Positions 37,829 through 47,606 of a DNA stretch of 64,000 nucleotides are shown here, piece by piece. Source of the DNA: Calditrichales bacterium (GTDB lineage Bacteria; Calditrichota; Calditrichia; Calditrichales; J004); NCBI GenBank assembly GCA_965267575.1, contig OZ254086.1, positions 4,544,001-4,608,000 on the forward strand, in the 5' to 3' direction. The notes under the pieces are model-generated. The model was not told the DNA's origin, made no database searches, and was given only the letters and a program-made list of their open reading frames with translations. Within the stretch, counting starts at the first letter, position 1. Each line of letters starts with the position of its first letter. Made by a program: the position numbers and the translations under genes.

Positions 37829-38653
37829 TTATCGCGGCAGATTTTGAATAAAGTCGCTGGGGGTGCTGCCGGTTAACTGCTTAAAGTCCTTTATAAAATG
37901 GCTCTGATCGTAATAGCGGTTGTCGCAGGCCAGTTCAGCCCAGCCACGCACTCGCTTATTACGGATGGCCTTTAAAACGCGTTGCAGACGTTCTACTTTT
38001 TGATAAGTTTTGAGGCTGAGGCCGGCTTCTTGCTTAAATCGTTGCCCAAGGTGCTTGCGCGTAAAACCCGTTTCCCGGGAAAGCTCTTTAACACTCATAT
38101 ACGGATTGTTTTCAAACCTGGCGATAATGTAATCCGACAACAAATTCTGCTTGATGGGTGCGTGCCCCAATTCTGCTTTTAGCCAACGGCAGACAATATG
38201 AAACCGTCGACGCGCATCGGGGGCCTGTCGCAGTTCAGGGATCACATCTTTGACGTGATTTTGTATGACGTCATCCAGCTCAATCAAATGACCGGTGAAT
38301 TTTGTCTGCGGTATACCCAGGATCTTAAAATAGCCGTTTGCCACAAAGCGCACGCTGATGAAGTGACAATGTTTGGGGTGCCAGGCGCGCACAAATGATG
38401 TTTTGCTGCCCTGGATTGTGCAGGTTCTAACTGTGCCGGTGATGCTGCCCGTTTTGCCACAAATCGGGTGAGCCAGGTTGATCAGTATTTCGGGGGTATT
38501 ACCGGGATAAAGATCCGTCTCCGTATCCACGGAATGGCCGCGCGCTTCAACTATCTCTTTTACAACTGCCGGAAGCAAAGGACCGCGATACGTTGTAAAA
38601 GTTATATTACCGATTGTTTTCTGGCGTATATAACGTCTTTCGTTACCAGGCAT
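37829..38653 (-). CDS. AraC family transcriptional regulator
   Basis: C-terminal 'LSRETGFTRKHLGQRF...YYDQSHFIKDFKQLTG.TP'. Start codon uncertain. Confidence 0.88.
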   Translation of the reverse strand: MPGNERRYIRQKTIGNITFTTYRGPLLPAVVKEIVEARGHSVDTETDLYPGNTPEILINLAHPICGKTGSITGTVRTCTIQGSKTSFVRAWHPKHCHFISVRFVANGYFKILGIPQTKFTGHLIELDDVIQNHVKDVIPELRQAPDARRRFHIVCRWLKAELGHAPIKQNLLSDYIIARFENNPYMSVKELSRETGFTRKHLGQRFKQEAGLSLKTYQKVERLQRVLKAIRNKRVRGWAELACDNRYYDQSHFIKDFKQLTGSTPSDFIQNLPR

Positions 38654-38731
38654 AATATTTTTTGTTTTTGAACTGGCACATACAGTATACAAAGCTCACA
38701 CCGTGAAAAACAAGAAAAGGATTTATATGAA

Positions 38732-39844
38732 TCAGCCCGTATTCAGCTCAATCCGCTTTCCGCCATTAGTTGACGAATCCATGATAGCCCGGACAATGCG
38801 GATATCGGCAAGGCCTTCTTCGCCGGGCACTATCGGCGCCCTGTTTTCTTTGATGGCCAGGGCGTCATCGTCCATTTGCCGCGCCTGCTGGTGCCGCGGG
38901 TCCGGCGGGAGTACGGTTCCGTCACTGGTTTTACCGCGTACACCGGAGTAGCTTTGAAAGGGCCGCAGATGATACCAGCCCTCGCTGCAGGTGACATCAA
39001 GATAATTGGTCCATTTGCCGAAACTGGTCTCCCCTTTCGCTGAAATGCCGTTGGGAAACTCCAGCTCGAACTCAGTAAACTCATCCACCTCGGCGTACAT
39101 TTGCTTGCGCTCCGACCATTGCCGGCCTTTTACGGCAAGAGGCTCCATGCCTGTCGCGTAGCGCGCGCCGTTGATCGGATAAACGCCCATATCGTACAAA
39201 GCACCACCGCCCAAACGGGCAATCCTCCGCCAGTCTTGTGGATCCGGATGGGCGCCGTTATATCCAGCCCCTGTTTCAACGGCGGCAACAGCGCCATAGG
39301 TTTTTTCCCTGCCATAGCGGATAATCGTTTGCGTATTAGGTTCGTGCTGCATGCGGTAGCCAACCGTCAATTGCACTTTGTTCTTCTTCGCGGCATCGAT
39401 GATGTTTTGACATTCCGCGACATCCATGGCCATGGGCTTCTCACACCAGACGTGTTTACCCGCCTCGGCGGCCTTTATTGCATCACGGGCGTGCACACCG
39501 GGGGGTGTCACAATATAAACGATATCAATATCGTCGTTATTGGCAATCTCCCCTATTGTTTCGTAACTGTAAACATTGCGGTCGGGGATACCATAGCGTT
39601 CCTGCCAGCCGGGTATTTTATATGGCGAGCCGGTTACAATACCGCGCAGCTCACAATGTTGCGTACGCTGCAGTCCCGGCGCGAGCCTTCCCGTGCTGTA
39701 GCTGCCCAGGCCAACAAGCGCCACGCCCAGTTTCTTTTTAGGCCGGGGGATAATAATAGCAGGAAAACCCAGAGCTGATACAACAAATAAGGTACCGCTT
39801 CGGTGAAGGAATTTTCTTCTGGTAACAATGCTACTTACAGACAT
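38732..39844 (-). CDS. Tat-exported Gfo/Idh/MocA oxidoreductase
   Basis: 'TRRKFL' Tat motif; 'VALVGLG', 'HVWCEKPMA', 'GGGALYDMGVY'. Confidence 0.92.
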   Translation of the reverse strand: MSVSSIVTRRKFLHRSGTLFVVSALGFPAIIIPRPKKKLGVALVGLGSYSTGRLAPGLQRTQHCELRGIVTGSPYKIPGWQERYGIPDRNVYSYETIGEIANNDDIDIVYIVTPPGVHARDAIKAAEAGKHVWCEKPMAMDVAECQNIIDAAKKNKVQLTVGYRMQHEPNTQTIIRYGREKTYGAVAAVETGAGYNGAHPDPQDWRRIARLGGGALYDMGVYPINGARYATGMEPLAVKGRQWSERKQMYAEVDEFTEFELEFPNGISAKGETSFGKWTNYLDVTCSEGWYHLRPFQSYSGVRGKTSDGTVLPPDPRHQQARQMDDDALAIKENRAPIVPGEEGLADIRIVRAIMDSSTNGGKRIELNTG

Positions 39845-39917
39845 GGCTTCAAGCTAATAAGAATAGTAATAAAGTAAAAGCTGCATTGTGTCATCGAAGA
39901 CGCGTTTTGGCTTCCAT

Positions 39918-41303
39918 TTACTGTGATTGAAAAACTTCTTCCCTGCCTTTTTGCTTTTCCGTTAAAGGAATCATATAAAGCACAAATTGAGGATGGGAAA
40001 GCCATCTCGATGCAATCTTTTGAATATCTTGGGATGTCAGGTTATGCTGTTTTTCCAGACGCGCAATGTAAGCATCCGGATCGCCCGTAAACAAAAGCCC
40101 CCTGCCTAAAAGCGATGTGCGGCTTGATATCCAGCCCGGCTTATCCAATGCATTGCGGACAGCTTGTAATTCGGCCTCTCTCGCTCTTATGAGTTCGCTT
40201 TCCGCAGGACCTTCCGTTAGAAGCGCGCCGACATGCTTATTGATCCAGTTAACGATTTCTTTTTCATCCGCTGTGCCGTCATGGCTGGCAACAATACTGA
40301 AAATGCCGGCGAGCTGATAGAGTTCGAGTCGGCGTGTAGCTGATATATAGCTGATGTGGTCGGGTTTGTCGCTGTCGTTTTTCATCCTGTCGTCCAGCAC
40401 ATGCGCCAACAGACGCAAGCCGGCGTCGTCCTCACTGCCCCAGGCCGCAACGGGCCAGCTTACTGAGATGGTTGGCTCATCGGCACGGATGACAACGTTT
40501 GCTTCCCCGCCCCGACTTTTCACAGGCCATGGTTTTTCCAACGGCGGACGGTCTCCCCCGGGGATTGATTCGAAGTGCTGTTTGATAAATAATTTGGACT
40601 TTTCCGGGTCAAATTGTCCTACAATAAAGAGCGTGCTGTATTCCGGCCGGAAATGTGCGCGGAACCATCTCCGTAAGTCATCAACGGAAAGGGCTTTATT
40701 TTCTTCGAGAGTACCGTAACTCCCATGTCCGTAGGGATGGTGAGCTCCGAAAATGCCTGCACGATCTGCCATGCTGGCTTTTGGCGCCCAATAATACCTG
40801 GCCCGTTCTGTCATCTCTGTTAGAACATTTTCACGATGACTTTCAACATTTTTTTCAATAATGTCTTCAGCATTTGCATTCAAGCGATCTGCGACGTAAG
40901 CCAATATCAACTCAAGATTGTCTTGTTTGGTTTGCAGGTAATAGTACGTAAAATCGGGCCGCGTTCGTGCATTGCTACCACTGAGGGATTCTAAAAATTT
41001 TTTCTTTTTTGGGCGATCGTTACGAAAGCCATAAGGCGTTGCATGCTCAAAAAAGTGTGCCATTCCAAAACGCCCCGGCCATTCATGGCGCGTTCCGGCA
41101 TGCACCCACAATTCAATCGAAACTTCTTCCTGCTTTTGATCCGGCTGTAATAAAACCTGAAGCCCGTTGGGCAGCGTAAATTTTTCCCATTTTAATTTCA
41201 AAGAAGTAATAGAGGTGTCCTGAGCCGACACGAAATGTGCTTCTACCATTAATAAAATAAGTATAGTGGGCAAAGACCTCAGAGCGAGTTGTAAGTTGCG
41301 CAT
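39918..41303 (-). CDS. Secreted M16 (pitrilysin) family peptidase
   Basis: 'TLPNGL', inverted zinc motif 'AHFFEH', 'HPYG'. Confidence 0.85.
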   Translation of the reverse strand: MRNLQLALRSLPTILILLMVEAHFVSAQDTSITSLKLKWEKFTLPNGLQVLLQPDQKQEEVSIELWVHAGTRHEWPGRFGMAHFFEHATPYGFRNDRPKKKKFLESLSGSNARTRPDFTYYYLQTKQDNLELILAYVADRLNANAEDIIEKNVESHRENVLTEMTERARYYWAPKASMADRAGIFGAHHPYGHGSYGTLEENKALSVDDLRRWFRAHFRPEYSTLFIVGQFDPEKSKLFIKQHFESIPGGDRPPLEKPWPVKSRGGEANVVIRADEPTISVSWPVAAWGSEDDAGLRLLAHVLDDRMKNDSDKPDHISYISATRRLELYQLAGIFSIVASHDGTADEKEIVNWINKHVGALLTEGPAESELIRAREAELQAVRNALDKPGWISSRTSLLGRGLLFTGDPDAYIARLEKQHNLTSQDIQKIASRWLSHPQFVLYMIPLTEKQKGREEVFQSQ

Positions 41304-41391
41304 TTTTGCGTCCTGATGTTGGTTTGCTGTTGGCGCATGGACGCAACACTTTGCATTTTTGTTTCAAACGCGCATAGAACAGACATGAATA

Positions 41392-41802
41392 TTAAACTGA
41401 AATTTCTCTTTTTGTTAACCAATTTAGCAAAGCTATTGAGTGAATGTAGCCGATCAAATAATGAGTAAAATCCAGCCAGGAGAACGAAGTGCCTAATACC
41501 GTTCTGGCAATAAAGCTACTTCGAAGGCTCGATAAAAAGGGTGTGTGCCACAACTGACTAAACTCGATAACACAGGTCAACAAAAATACCGTTGTTGCAA
41601 TCTTAACAATACTCGGCTTGTATAAAAATATAGAAATAAATAGCGTCCAGAACATGACATATAAAATACCTCCCATTGAGTTGTTGACCCAATGCGATAT
41701 AGGTCCTGAATAAACCTTCGTATAAAAGCCAAGTGGAGTAAGAACAAGTAAAACCAGCAACGTCCACTTTTTTCGAATGATGAGAGAAGGCATTCTAATC
41801 AT
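41392..41802 (-). CDS. DUF2809 (YjgA-like) membrane protein
   Basis: 'IEFSQLWH...LR...VLG.SFSW.D..HY.IG'. Confidence 0.8.
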   Translation of the reverse strand: MIRMPSLIIRKKWTLLVLLVLTPLGFYTKVYSGPISHWVNNSMGGILYVMFWTLFISIFLYKPSIVKIATTVFLLTCVIEFSQLWHTPFLSSLRSSFIARTVLGTSFSWLDFTHYLIGYIHSIALLNWLTKREISV

Positions 41803-41966
41803 AATTCCATATAGGACCCTTAAGACCAGGTTTATTACCTGCTGCCATAATTTCTATTTTTTTGCTTTGGTGCTTTTCTTGCTTTACGCGCTTAAAAGTA
41901 CAATACCTAATAAGTAAACAGATATTCCTGTGCCTAAGTATAGTTGTTGGTCAAATTTTACTAAAT

Positions 41967-42012
41967 AAAAAAAGGGTCTGCGCCGCTTCCCCTCATAACG
42001 TCGCAAACCCTT
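41967..42012 (-). terminator. Hairpin plus U-run downstream of the tRNA remnant
   Basis: aagggtctgcg...cgcaaaccctt preceded by an A-run on the + strand. Confidence 0.55.
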
Positions 42013-42020
42013 GATATTAC

Positions 42021-42085
42021 TGGTACAGGATGGGGACTCGATCCCCACCCGGTATTACCCGAAACGGTTTTTTTGTATCAGTGCC
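42021..42085 (-). pseudogene. Degenerate 3' part of a class II tRNA (probably tRNA-Leu); possible att scar
   Basis: Minus strand reads ...CGG-GTAATA-CCG (long variable arm), TGGGG-ATCGAGT-CCCCA (T-arm), TCCTGT-A-CCA. The anticodon arm is decayed, and there is no D-arm or 5' acceptor strand. Confidence 0.65.
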
Positions 42086-42299
42086 TTTTTCTGATTTTTT
42101 AAAGCCGTTTCAAGATGTTTTTTTTATACTTAAGCAAGGAATTGACTTTTCAAAATCATTTCTATTTTTGCCCATAGTTGCATCAATTGTTACCATTATG
42201 CTGCCACTTGTAACGGCGGTTAAATGGGCAAGCACGTTGATTTATAATCGTCCCTTTGAATTTTATTAAGTATCACTATTAAAAGGTTATAATTATTTT

Positions 42300-43760
42300 T
42301 TATTTTCTTTTAAATTCCAGCTTACCGGGGCCAAGCACATTCAATTGTATAACTTTCCCTTTTTCTTCAACGAATTCAACCTTTGCCTTAAAGGGGCCGG
42401 TTTCTGCAACAAATAACTTTTCACTAATGGGAATCATTTCACTCTGTATGTTGCCGAAACTAAATATTAATTGATCACTATTCTTTACTGAAATTTCGCC
42501 CCAAAGCGGATTACTGTAAATGCCGACTAACCTATTATAATCCCATGAAGAGTTGACATTACTTTCCTCCTTTGGTTCTTGTGTTTTTACGTCACGCGAG
42601 TTCATCTTGGTAATCAGTGGCTGAATTTCTTTTTCTGCAATAGCATCCGCGTCTTTACCGAGATAAATGTTGTAGATATAATTAGCAACAAGATCAACTA
42701 AGTAGTATGCTTCGCCGCTGTCGTTTGTTAATGCGGCAACACCCATGTTGTGCTCTGGTAAAAATGAAATATGGCTGCGGGAACCGGTAAACGATCCAAA
42801 ATGTGCAATCATCTTTTCATCGTTATATTCACCTATCTGCCAACCCAGTCCGTATGCATATCGATCATAGGAATAAAATTTATCCGAATGAGCAATTTGC
42901 GGTGATATTGCTTCGATAATTTTTCTTTCGGAAAGTAATTGCTCACCGCTAAAACTTCCTTCGTTCAAATAGAATATTAAGAAGTTGCCAAGATCGTTCG
43001 CTGTTGTTATAATTCCGCCGGCAGCGTGCATTATATTGTCTGCTTTTAAAAATCCAACTGTTTCTAAAGTACCTCTTAGTGTCTGGTAACCTCTCAAGTA
43101 CTTTTCATCATAATCGGAAACTTTGGCGGAAGTATTTTTCATTTTCAACGGTTCGAACATGTATTCACTTATTAACTGCTGCCAGGGTTTATGAAGTTTA
43201 TTCTCTAGCGCCAGTGAAGTAACAATATATCCATTGTTTGTATAATCATATTCGGAAGTTTTGAAGCGAGATGACTTGTAAACATCTACCAATGTTTGGA
43301 AATCATGCTGGCCTGTGTAGGCAGTTCTAATAGCTGCCGGCATACAAAAAATTCCGCTTCTGTGAGTCAGCATATCTCTTATCGAAATCGTATTGCTGTT
43401 GAGATTTTCGTCTTCAAACTTTAATTCAGGCAAATATGCTGAGATCGGTTTATCAATAAATAGTGAATCTTTTTCACTCAATATCTGAACCAGAGTTGCA
43501 AATATCGGTTTGGTGGCGGACGCAATGTAGAATGGTGAATCAGGCTCTGCCTCAATTTCTTCTTCCACGTTTACATAACCGTATCCTTCAGAAAAAACAA
43601 TTTGGTTGTTAATTACAACCGAAACAGCTAAACCGGATTTTAATTTTAATTTTTCTCTAGCTTCTTTAATAAATTGATCGATTTTTGATTTATCGAACTG
43701 TTGAGCAGCTAAATTAACTACAAAGAAGAGTGAAATTACTAGATAGATTATTCTACGCAT
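42300..43760 (-). CDS. Secreted serine hydrolase (class C beta-lactamase-like, DUF3471-like C-terminus)
   Basis: SxxK 'ASATK', 'LTHRSG', YxN 'YTNN', 'YGLGW', 'HFGS'. Confidence 0.9.
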   Translation of the reverse strand: MRRIIYLVISLFFVVNLAAQQFDKSKIDQFIKEAREKLKLKSGLAVSVVINNQIVFSEGYGYVNVEEEIEAEPDSPFYIASATKPIFATLVQILSEKDSLFIDKPISAYLPELKFEDENLNSNTISIRDMLTHRSGIFCMPAAIRTAYTGQHDFQTLVDVYKSSRFKTSEYDYTNNGYIVTSLALENKLHKPWQQLISEYMFEPLKMKNTSAKVSDYDEKYLRGYQTLRGTLETVGFLKADNIMHAAGGIITTANDLGNFLIFYLNEGSFSGEQLLSERKIIEAISPQIAHSDKFYSYDRYAYGLGWQIGEYNDEKMIAHFGSFTGSRSHISFLPEHNMGVAALTNDSGEAYYLVDLVANYIYNIYLGKDADAIAEKEIQPLITKMNSRDVKTQEPKEESNVNSSWDYNRLVGIYSNPLWGEISVKNSDQLIFSFGNIQSEMIPISEKLFVAETGPFKAKVEFVEEKGKVIQLNVLGPGKLEFKRK

Positions 43761-45164
43761 GAGACTTTCTCCGTTTGTTTGAAAGATTTACTTTATGGAC
43801 GAAAGTCTTCATAGTGAGGTTACCCATATGTTTATATGGTTTTAAAAGAATTTGATCTCGTATAAAACCGTTTATTTTTCTAATAGCTTTCTCGTCATCA
43901 TTTTCTCCCCAGTAGAAGTATACTATATTATCTTCGGTATTTCTTACAAATGTCACATTCTCCAAAAAGCGAGAATCAAAAAAAATATAATTACCGTTGG
44001 GTAATAACCGCCAGCCCCTTTCCAAATCGTCATTTTCAGACGCCACGAGAAAACTATCTTGTGCTTGTATTGTAACTTTGTCTTTTCCAATTATATACTC
44101 ACCCTTGTATTCAATGAGTTTATTATTTATACGTCCATTCGGACTTTCAATGGTTGAGTATTCTACGCTAAGTGTGAGTTTCACAATATCAAATCCAAGA
44201 CGTTTAATTGGGGTGCTGTAATTATTTGAAAGCACGGTTATAAAATACTCATCATTGTGCCACATTACTGACGTGTAACCAGGCGATCTGCCGAAAATCC
44301 CTTCATTGTAAAGCGGGATATTATTTATTAATAATTTGCCGTTCTCATATGCCTGACTGAACAACAATAGATCATTAGCAGAAGAATAAATTGAACCACC
44401 GCCAAAATTTTGATAGAGATATCATAGTATGGAGCTTTTTGTAATCCTCTACCATATAAGTTCTGCATATAACCCTGAGCGAGATTTTTAACTATTTCTT
44501 TACTGTATTCATGACCGGTATTTAGCATGCCGGCAACTCGGAATATGTTTTCTTCCCAATAATCACCATATGGCTTTCCCGAAACATTCTCGATTATGTA
44601 GCTAAGTAAAACGTAATCCGGAGTTAGAGTAGGTTGTATCAGTGCCTGGTTGATATTCGAGTGGTTTGTGTTTGAATAAACAAATGGCTTCTTCGATTGA
44701 GTAGTTTTCTTTTGCATGTCTGTGGTAATTTGAAAAGTCGTTTAGATTGGGAACACCTGAAGAATGATTAATCAGGTGATTTATTGAAATTCTATCACCG
44801 TTCGGGTAATCTAAAATGAACCTGCTTAATTTATCACTCAATTTGAGAGCACCCGTTTCGGCTAACTGAAGGAGAGCTAACTTTGTAAAAGGCTTTGATA
44901 ATGAGGCAATTCCAAATTTGGTGTTAACGGTGTTCTTAATATTGAATTCTGCTACTGCATTGCCGTAGGCTTGTTGAAAAACCACCCTGTCATTTTGAGC
45001 AACCAAAACTACTCCATTAAATAAATCTAATTGTAAATATGGAGCAAGGTACTCATCAATTTTTGCTTGGATTGAATTGCTATCATTCTTTTGTGAATAA
45101 ATATTAACCGTGAAAACGGTTAAGAAAAAGATGAATATTAAAAGAAGATTTTTCTACGATTCAT
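43753..45164 (-). pseudogene. Frameshifted serine hydrolase (beta-lactamase-like)
   Basis: One protein split across frames: ATG 45164, shift at ~45150, 'ASLSK...HSSG...YSNSG', shift at ~44620, 'YVLLSYIIE.VSG', shift at ~44405, 'GGGSIYSSANDL'. Confidence 0.8.
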
Positions 45165-45242
45165 GATGCCCTCTTTTATTAAAAAAGTGGATAGCTATTG
45201 AGTCTATTGCTTTTTGCAGTATACGAGTGGAGATGTTTTATT

Positions 45243-46691
45243 TTATCTTTCACCGTTTATCAGTTTAATAACGTTTTTCTTCAAATCATCATACGCACCG
45301 TTGTCTTGGTTGCAGAACATCACCAGTGTAATATCGAGATTAGGAAAATAGCGGTATTCGAAATTAACTCCGTAGGTAATTCCGCCGTGACCGAATGAAA
45401 TTACATCTTGATGTTTTTCTATAATCATTCCGTATCCGTAGCCAAGAGCCCCGGGTATATTTTCCGTTTTAATCGAAGTTATTTCATTAACATACTTTTT
45501 AGGGATTATGCTGCCGGCAACCAGCGCTTGGGAGAATTTCCAAACATCGCGAACACTTGAGTAACCGCCACCGGCAGATGAGCCCGCAAACGGCTCGTCC
45601 GCGAGTTTCCAATTTCCTTTTTGATCCCGCGAATGCGGCTGTGCTATACTCTGCTTATATTGAGATTCGGAATAGTGAAAACTTGAACTCATCTTCAGCG
45701 GAAAAAATATCTTTTTCGCAACATAATCGTAATAACTTTGTCCGGTCACGTTCTCAATAATTAATCCTGCTAAAATAAAATTGGAATTGCAATATCCAAA
45801 ATCCGCGCCCGGTTCGAAGACAGAATCTTCTCTTAATATAAAGGGCAGATAATCTGAGAGAGAATTTAACGCAGGATCTTCCTTTTCAAATCGTTTCGTC
45901 CAGTATTCACCGATTCCGCTCGTATGAGAAAGTAAATGATGAATTGTGATTTTATTGCCAAATTCTAGCTTAGAAAGTTGAGGAATGTATTTGCTGACTT
46001 TGTCTTCGTAATTAAGTTTATTATGGTAAACGAGATCCGCAATCAAGACGGAAGTGAACATTTTGTTGCCTGAACCGAGGTTAAAAGAGGTTTCTTTCAT
46101 GATCTTTCGACTCTTTCCGATATCCTCATAGCCATAATATCTTTCGAGTAGCACCTCACTGCCTTTGGAAACGAGGATGCTTCCGCATAAATCGTTTTCT
46201 TCATTTAGTTTATCGATGTAATTGTTCAACCAATTCAGGGTAAATTCTTGTGTGATGCTTCCATTAGGTAGATTAACCGGCTCTGCTACTTCCGCAATGA
46301 AGCCGAGCTGAGCTAATTTATGAGGCGGTTTCGCGTCTAAACGAATTTGAATATCTTTCCAGAACTTGCTTCCCTCTTTTCGCACATAAATGTGCAGAAT
46401 TCGGCTAATACTTCCATCGCTCATCTCAAATTCTGTTACTTCAGAATGATGGTATTCAATTGGGAGCAACTCTTTTTTCAGACTTGAGAGCAGGCCTGAT
46501 ATGCGCTCTACTCCCTTCGAATTGATCGTAGCCTTTGAAAATATTTCATTAATGATTTTTTCTGTTTCCTCTTTGTCATTGCTTTGAATAGCTTCAACAA
46601 ATTGATCACCATAATTAACAATTACAGAGCCATCTTGTGTGAATGATAAAATTGGGGACCATAGGAGTAGAATTATCAAATGAAATTTCAT
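45243..46691 (-). CDS. Secreted serine hydrolase (beta-lactamase-like)
   Basis: 'GSGNKMFT', 'LLSHTSG', 'YCNSN', 'AGGGYS', 'GHGG'. Signal peptide from MKFH. Confidence 0.9.
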   Translation of the reverse strand: MKFHLIILLLWSPILSFTQDGSVIVNYGDQFVEAIQSNDKEETEKIINEIFSKATINSKGVERISGLLSSLKKELLPIEYHHSEVTEFEMSDGSISRILHIYVRKEGSKFWKDIQIRLDAKPPHKLAQLGFIAEVAEPVNLPNGSITQEFTLNWLNNYIDKLNEENDLCGSILVSKGSEVLLERYYGYEDIGKSRKIMKETSFNLGSGNKMFTSVLIADLVYHNKLNYEDKVSKYIPQLSKLEFGNKITIHHLLSHTSGIGEYWTKRFEKEDPALNSLSDYLPFILREDSVFEPGADFGYCNSNFILAGLIIENVTGQSYYDYVAKKIFFPLKMSSSFHYSESQYKQSIAQPHSRDQKGNWKLADEPFAGSSAGGGYSSVRDVWKFSQALVAGSIIPKKYVNEITSIKTENIPGALGYGYGMIIEKHQDVISFGHGGITYGVNFEYRYFPNLDITLVMFCNQDNGAYDDLKKNVIKLINGER

Positions 46692-46765
46692 AAGTATTTC
46701 GTCCTTTTTTCTTATCATAATAAGTATAGAATAAATAGTTGCATTTTGGGTAAATAAACCCGAAA

Positions 46766-46785
46766 AACTATATAAGTGTATGGGT
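46766..46785. promoter_or_regulatory. Candidate response-regulator site A
   Basis: aactatataagtgtatgggt; its reverse complement matches the 55821 site at 16/20 positions. Confidence 0.5.
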
Positions 46786-46991
46786 GAGTTTACTACTTGG
46801 AAAAACGTGTTTCTTTTTAAAGACAAGATCTTTATCGTATCAATTTAGCTAGCGCATTGCCTGTTGAAAAAATCAAGAATGAATTGGACGCAGCCGGAAA
46901 TAAGAACAATATGCTAGTGACCATCCAACGGGATTTAAGGATAAAATTTCCGCGCAGAGACCCAAAATCTCACCTGACTAATTCAGTCAAT

Positions 46992-47606
46992 TCAAATTAA
47001 TCTTTCTTTTAATGCCTTGGCGACCGCTTCAGCCTTAGAATGAACATGCAGCTTCTCGTAAATATTTTTTATATGATGACGAACTGTTCCAACACTAATA
47101 AACAACTTGTCTCCTATTTCTTTATACGTAGCACCGTCGCACAAAGAGTTTAAAACGTCAAGCTCACGTTGTGAAAGAGATGACTCTTCAGCCTGCATGG
47201 AGCTTACCACTAAGCGCGCTATTCGCGAAGTCATCGGTGCCCCGCCTTCCGTTACTTCTTTAATTGCTTCAATTATCTTTTCTTCGGGGGCACTTTTATC
47301 AAGATAACCGCAAGCTCCTGCTTTTAGGGCCTTAAATACCAGGTCAGCTTCTTCATGAACGGTAAGCATTACTATGTCAATATGAGGATTGCGCTCTTTT
47401 ACTTTTCTTATTCCCTCTATTCCGGACATCCCTGGCAAATCAATATCCATTAAAATCACATTGGGCAGATTGTTCTCCAGGCCTTTTAGCATATCTTCAC
47501 AATTGCCATGCACGTCAATACATTCATAACCATCGGCCTCGTCTATTAGCTGAGACAGTTCTTCTCTTATTATTGAATCATCCTCAACAACCACAACGTC
47601 AATCAT
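46992..47606 (-). CDS. NarL/LuxR family response regulator
   Basis: 'VVEDD', 'LMDIDLPGMSG', 'GACGYL.K', HTH 'LSQRE...TVRHHIKNIYEKLHV'. Confidence 0.94.
   Translation of the reverse strand: MIDVVVVEDDSIIREELSQLIDEADGYECIDVHGNCEDMLKGLENNLPNVILMDIDLPGMSGIEGIRKVKERNPHIDIVMLTVHEEADLVFKALKAGACGYLDKSAPEEKIIEAIKEVTEGGAPMTSRIARLVVSSMQAEESSLSQRELDVLNSLCDGATYKEIGDKLFISVGTVRHHIKNIYEKLHVHSKAEAVAKALKERLI

Noticed and set aside
41845..41950. Minus-strand hydrophobic fragment 'QLYLGTGISVYLLGIVLLSA*SKKSTKAKK*'
   Set aside because: Possibly a gene remnant, but too short to identify and it has no start codon.
42021..42085. Functional tRNA gene
   Set aside because: No D-arm or 5' acceptor strand, a broken anticodon stem and a mutated T-loop. 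Kept only as a remnant.
42030..42269. 79-aa ORF
   Set aside because: It runs antisense over the tRNA remnant, with no SD or recognisable motif.
46822..47000. Plus-strand open stretch 'DLYRINLASALPVEKIKNELDAAG...'
   Set aside because: No start codon or SD and no family assignment; at most a relic.
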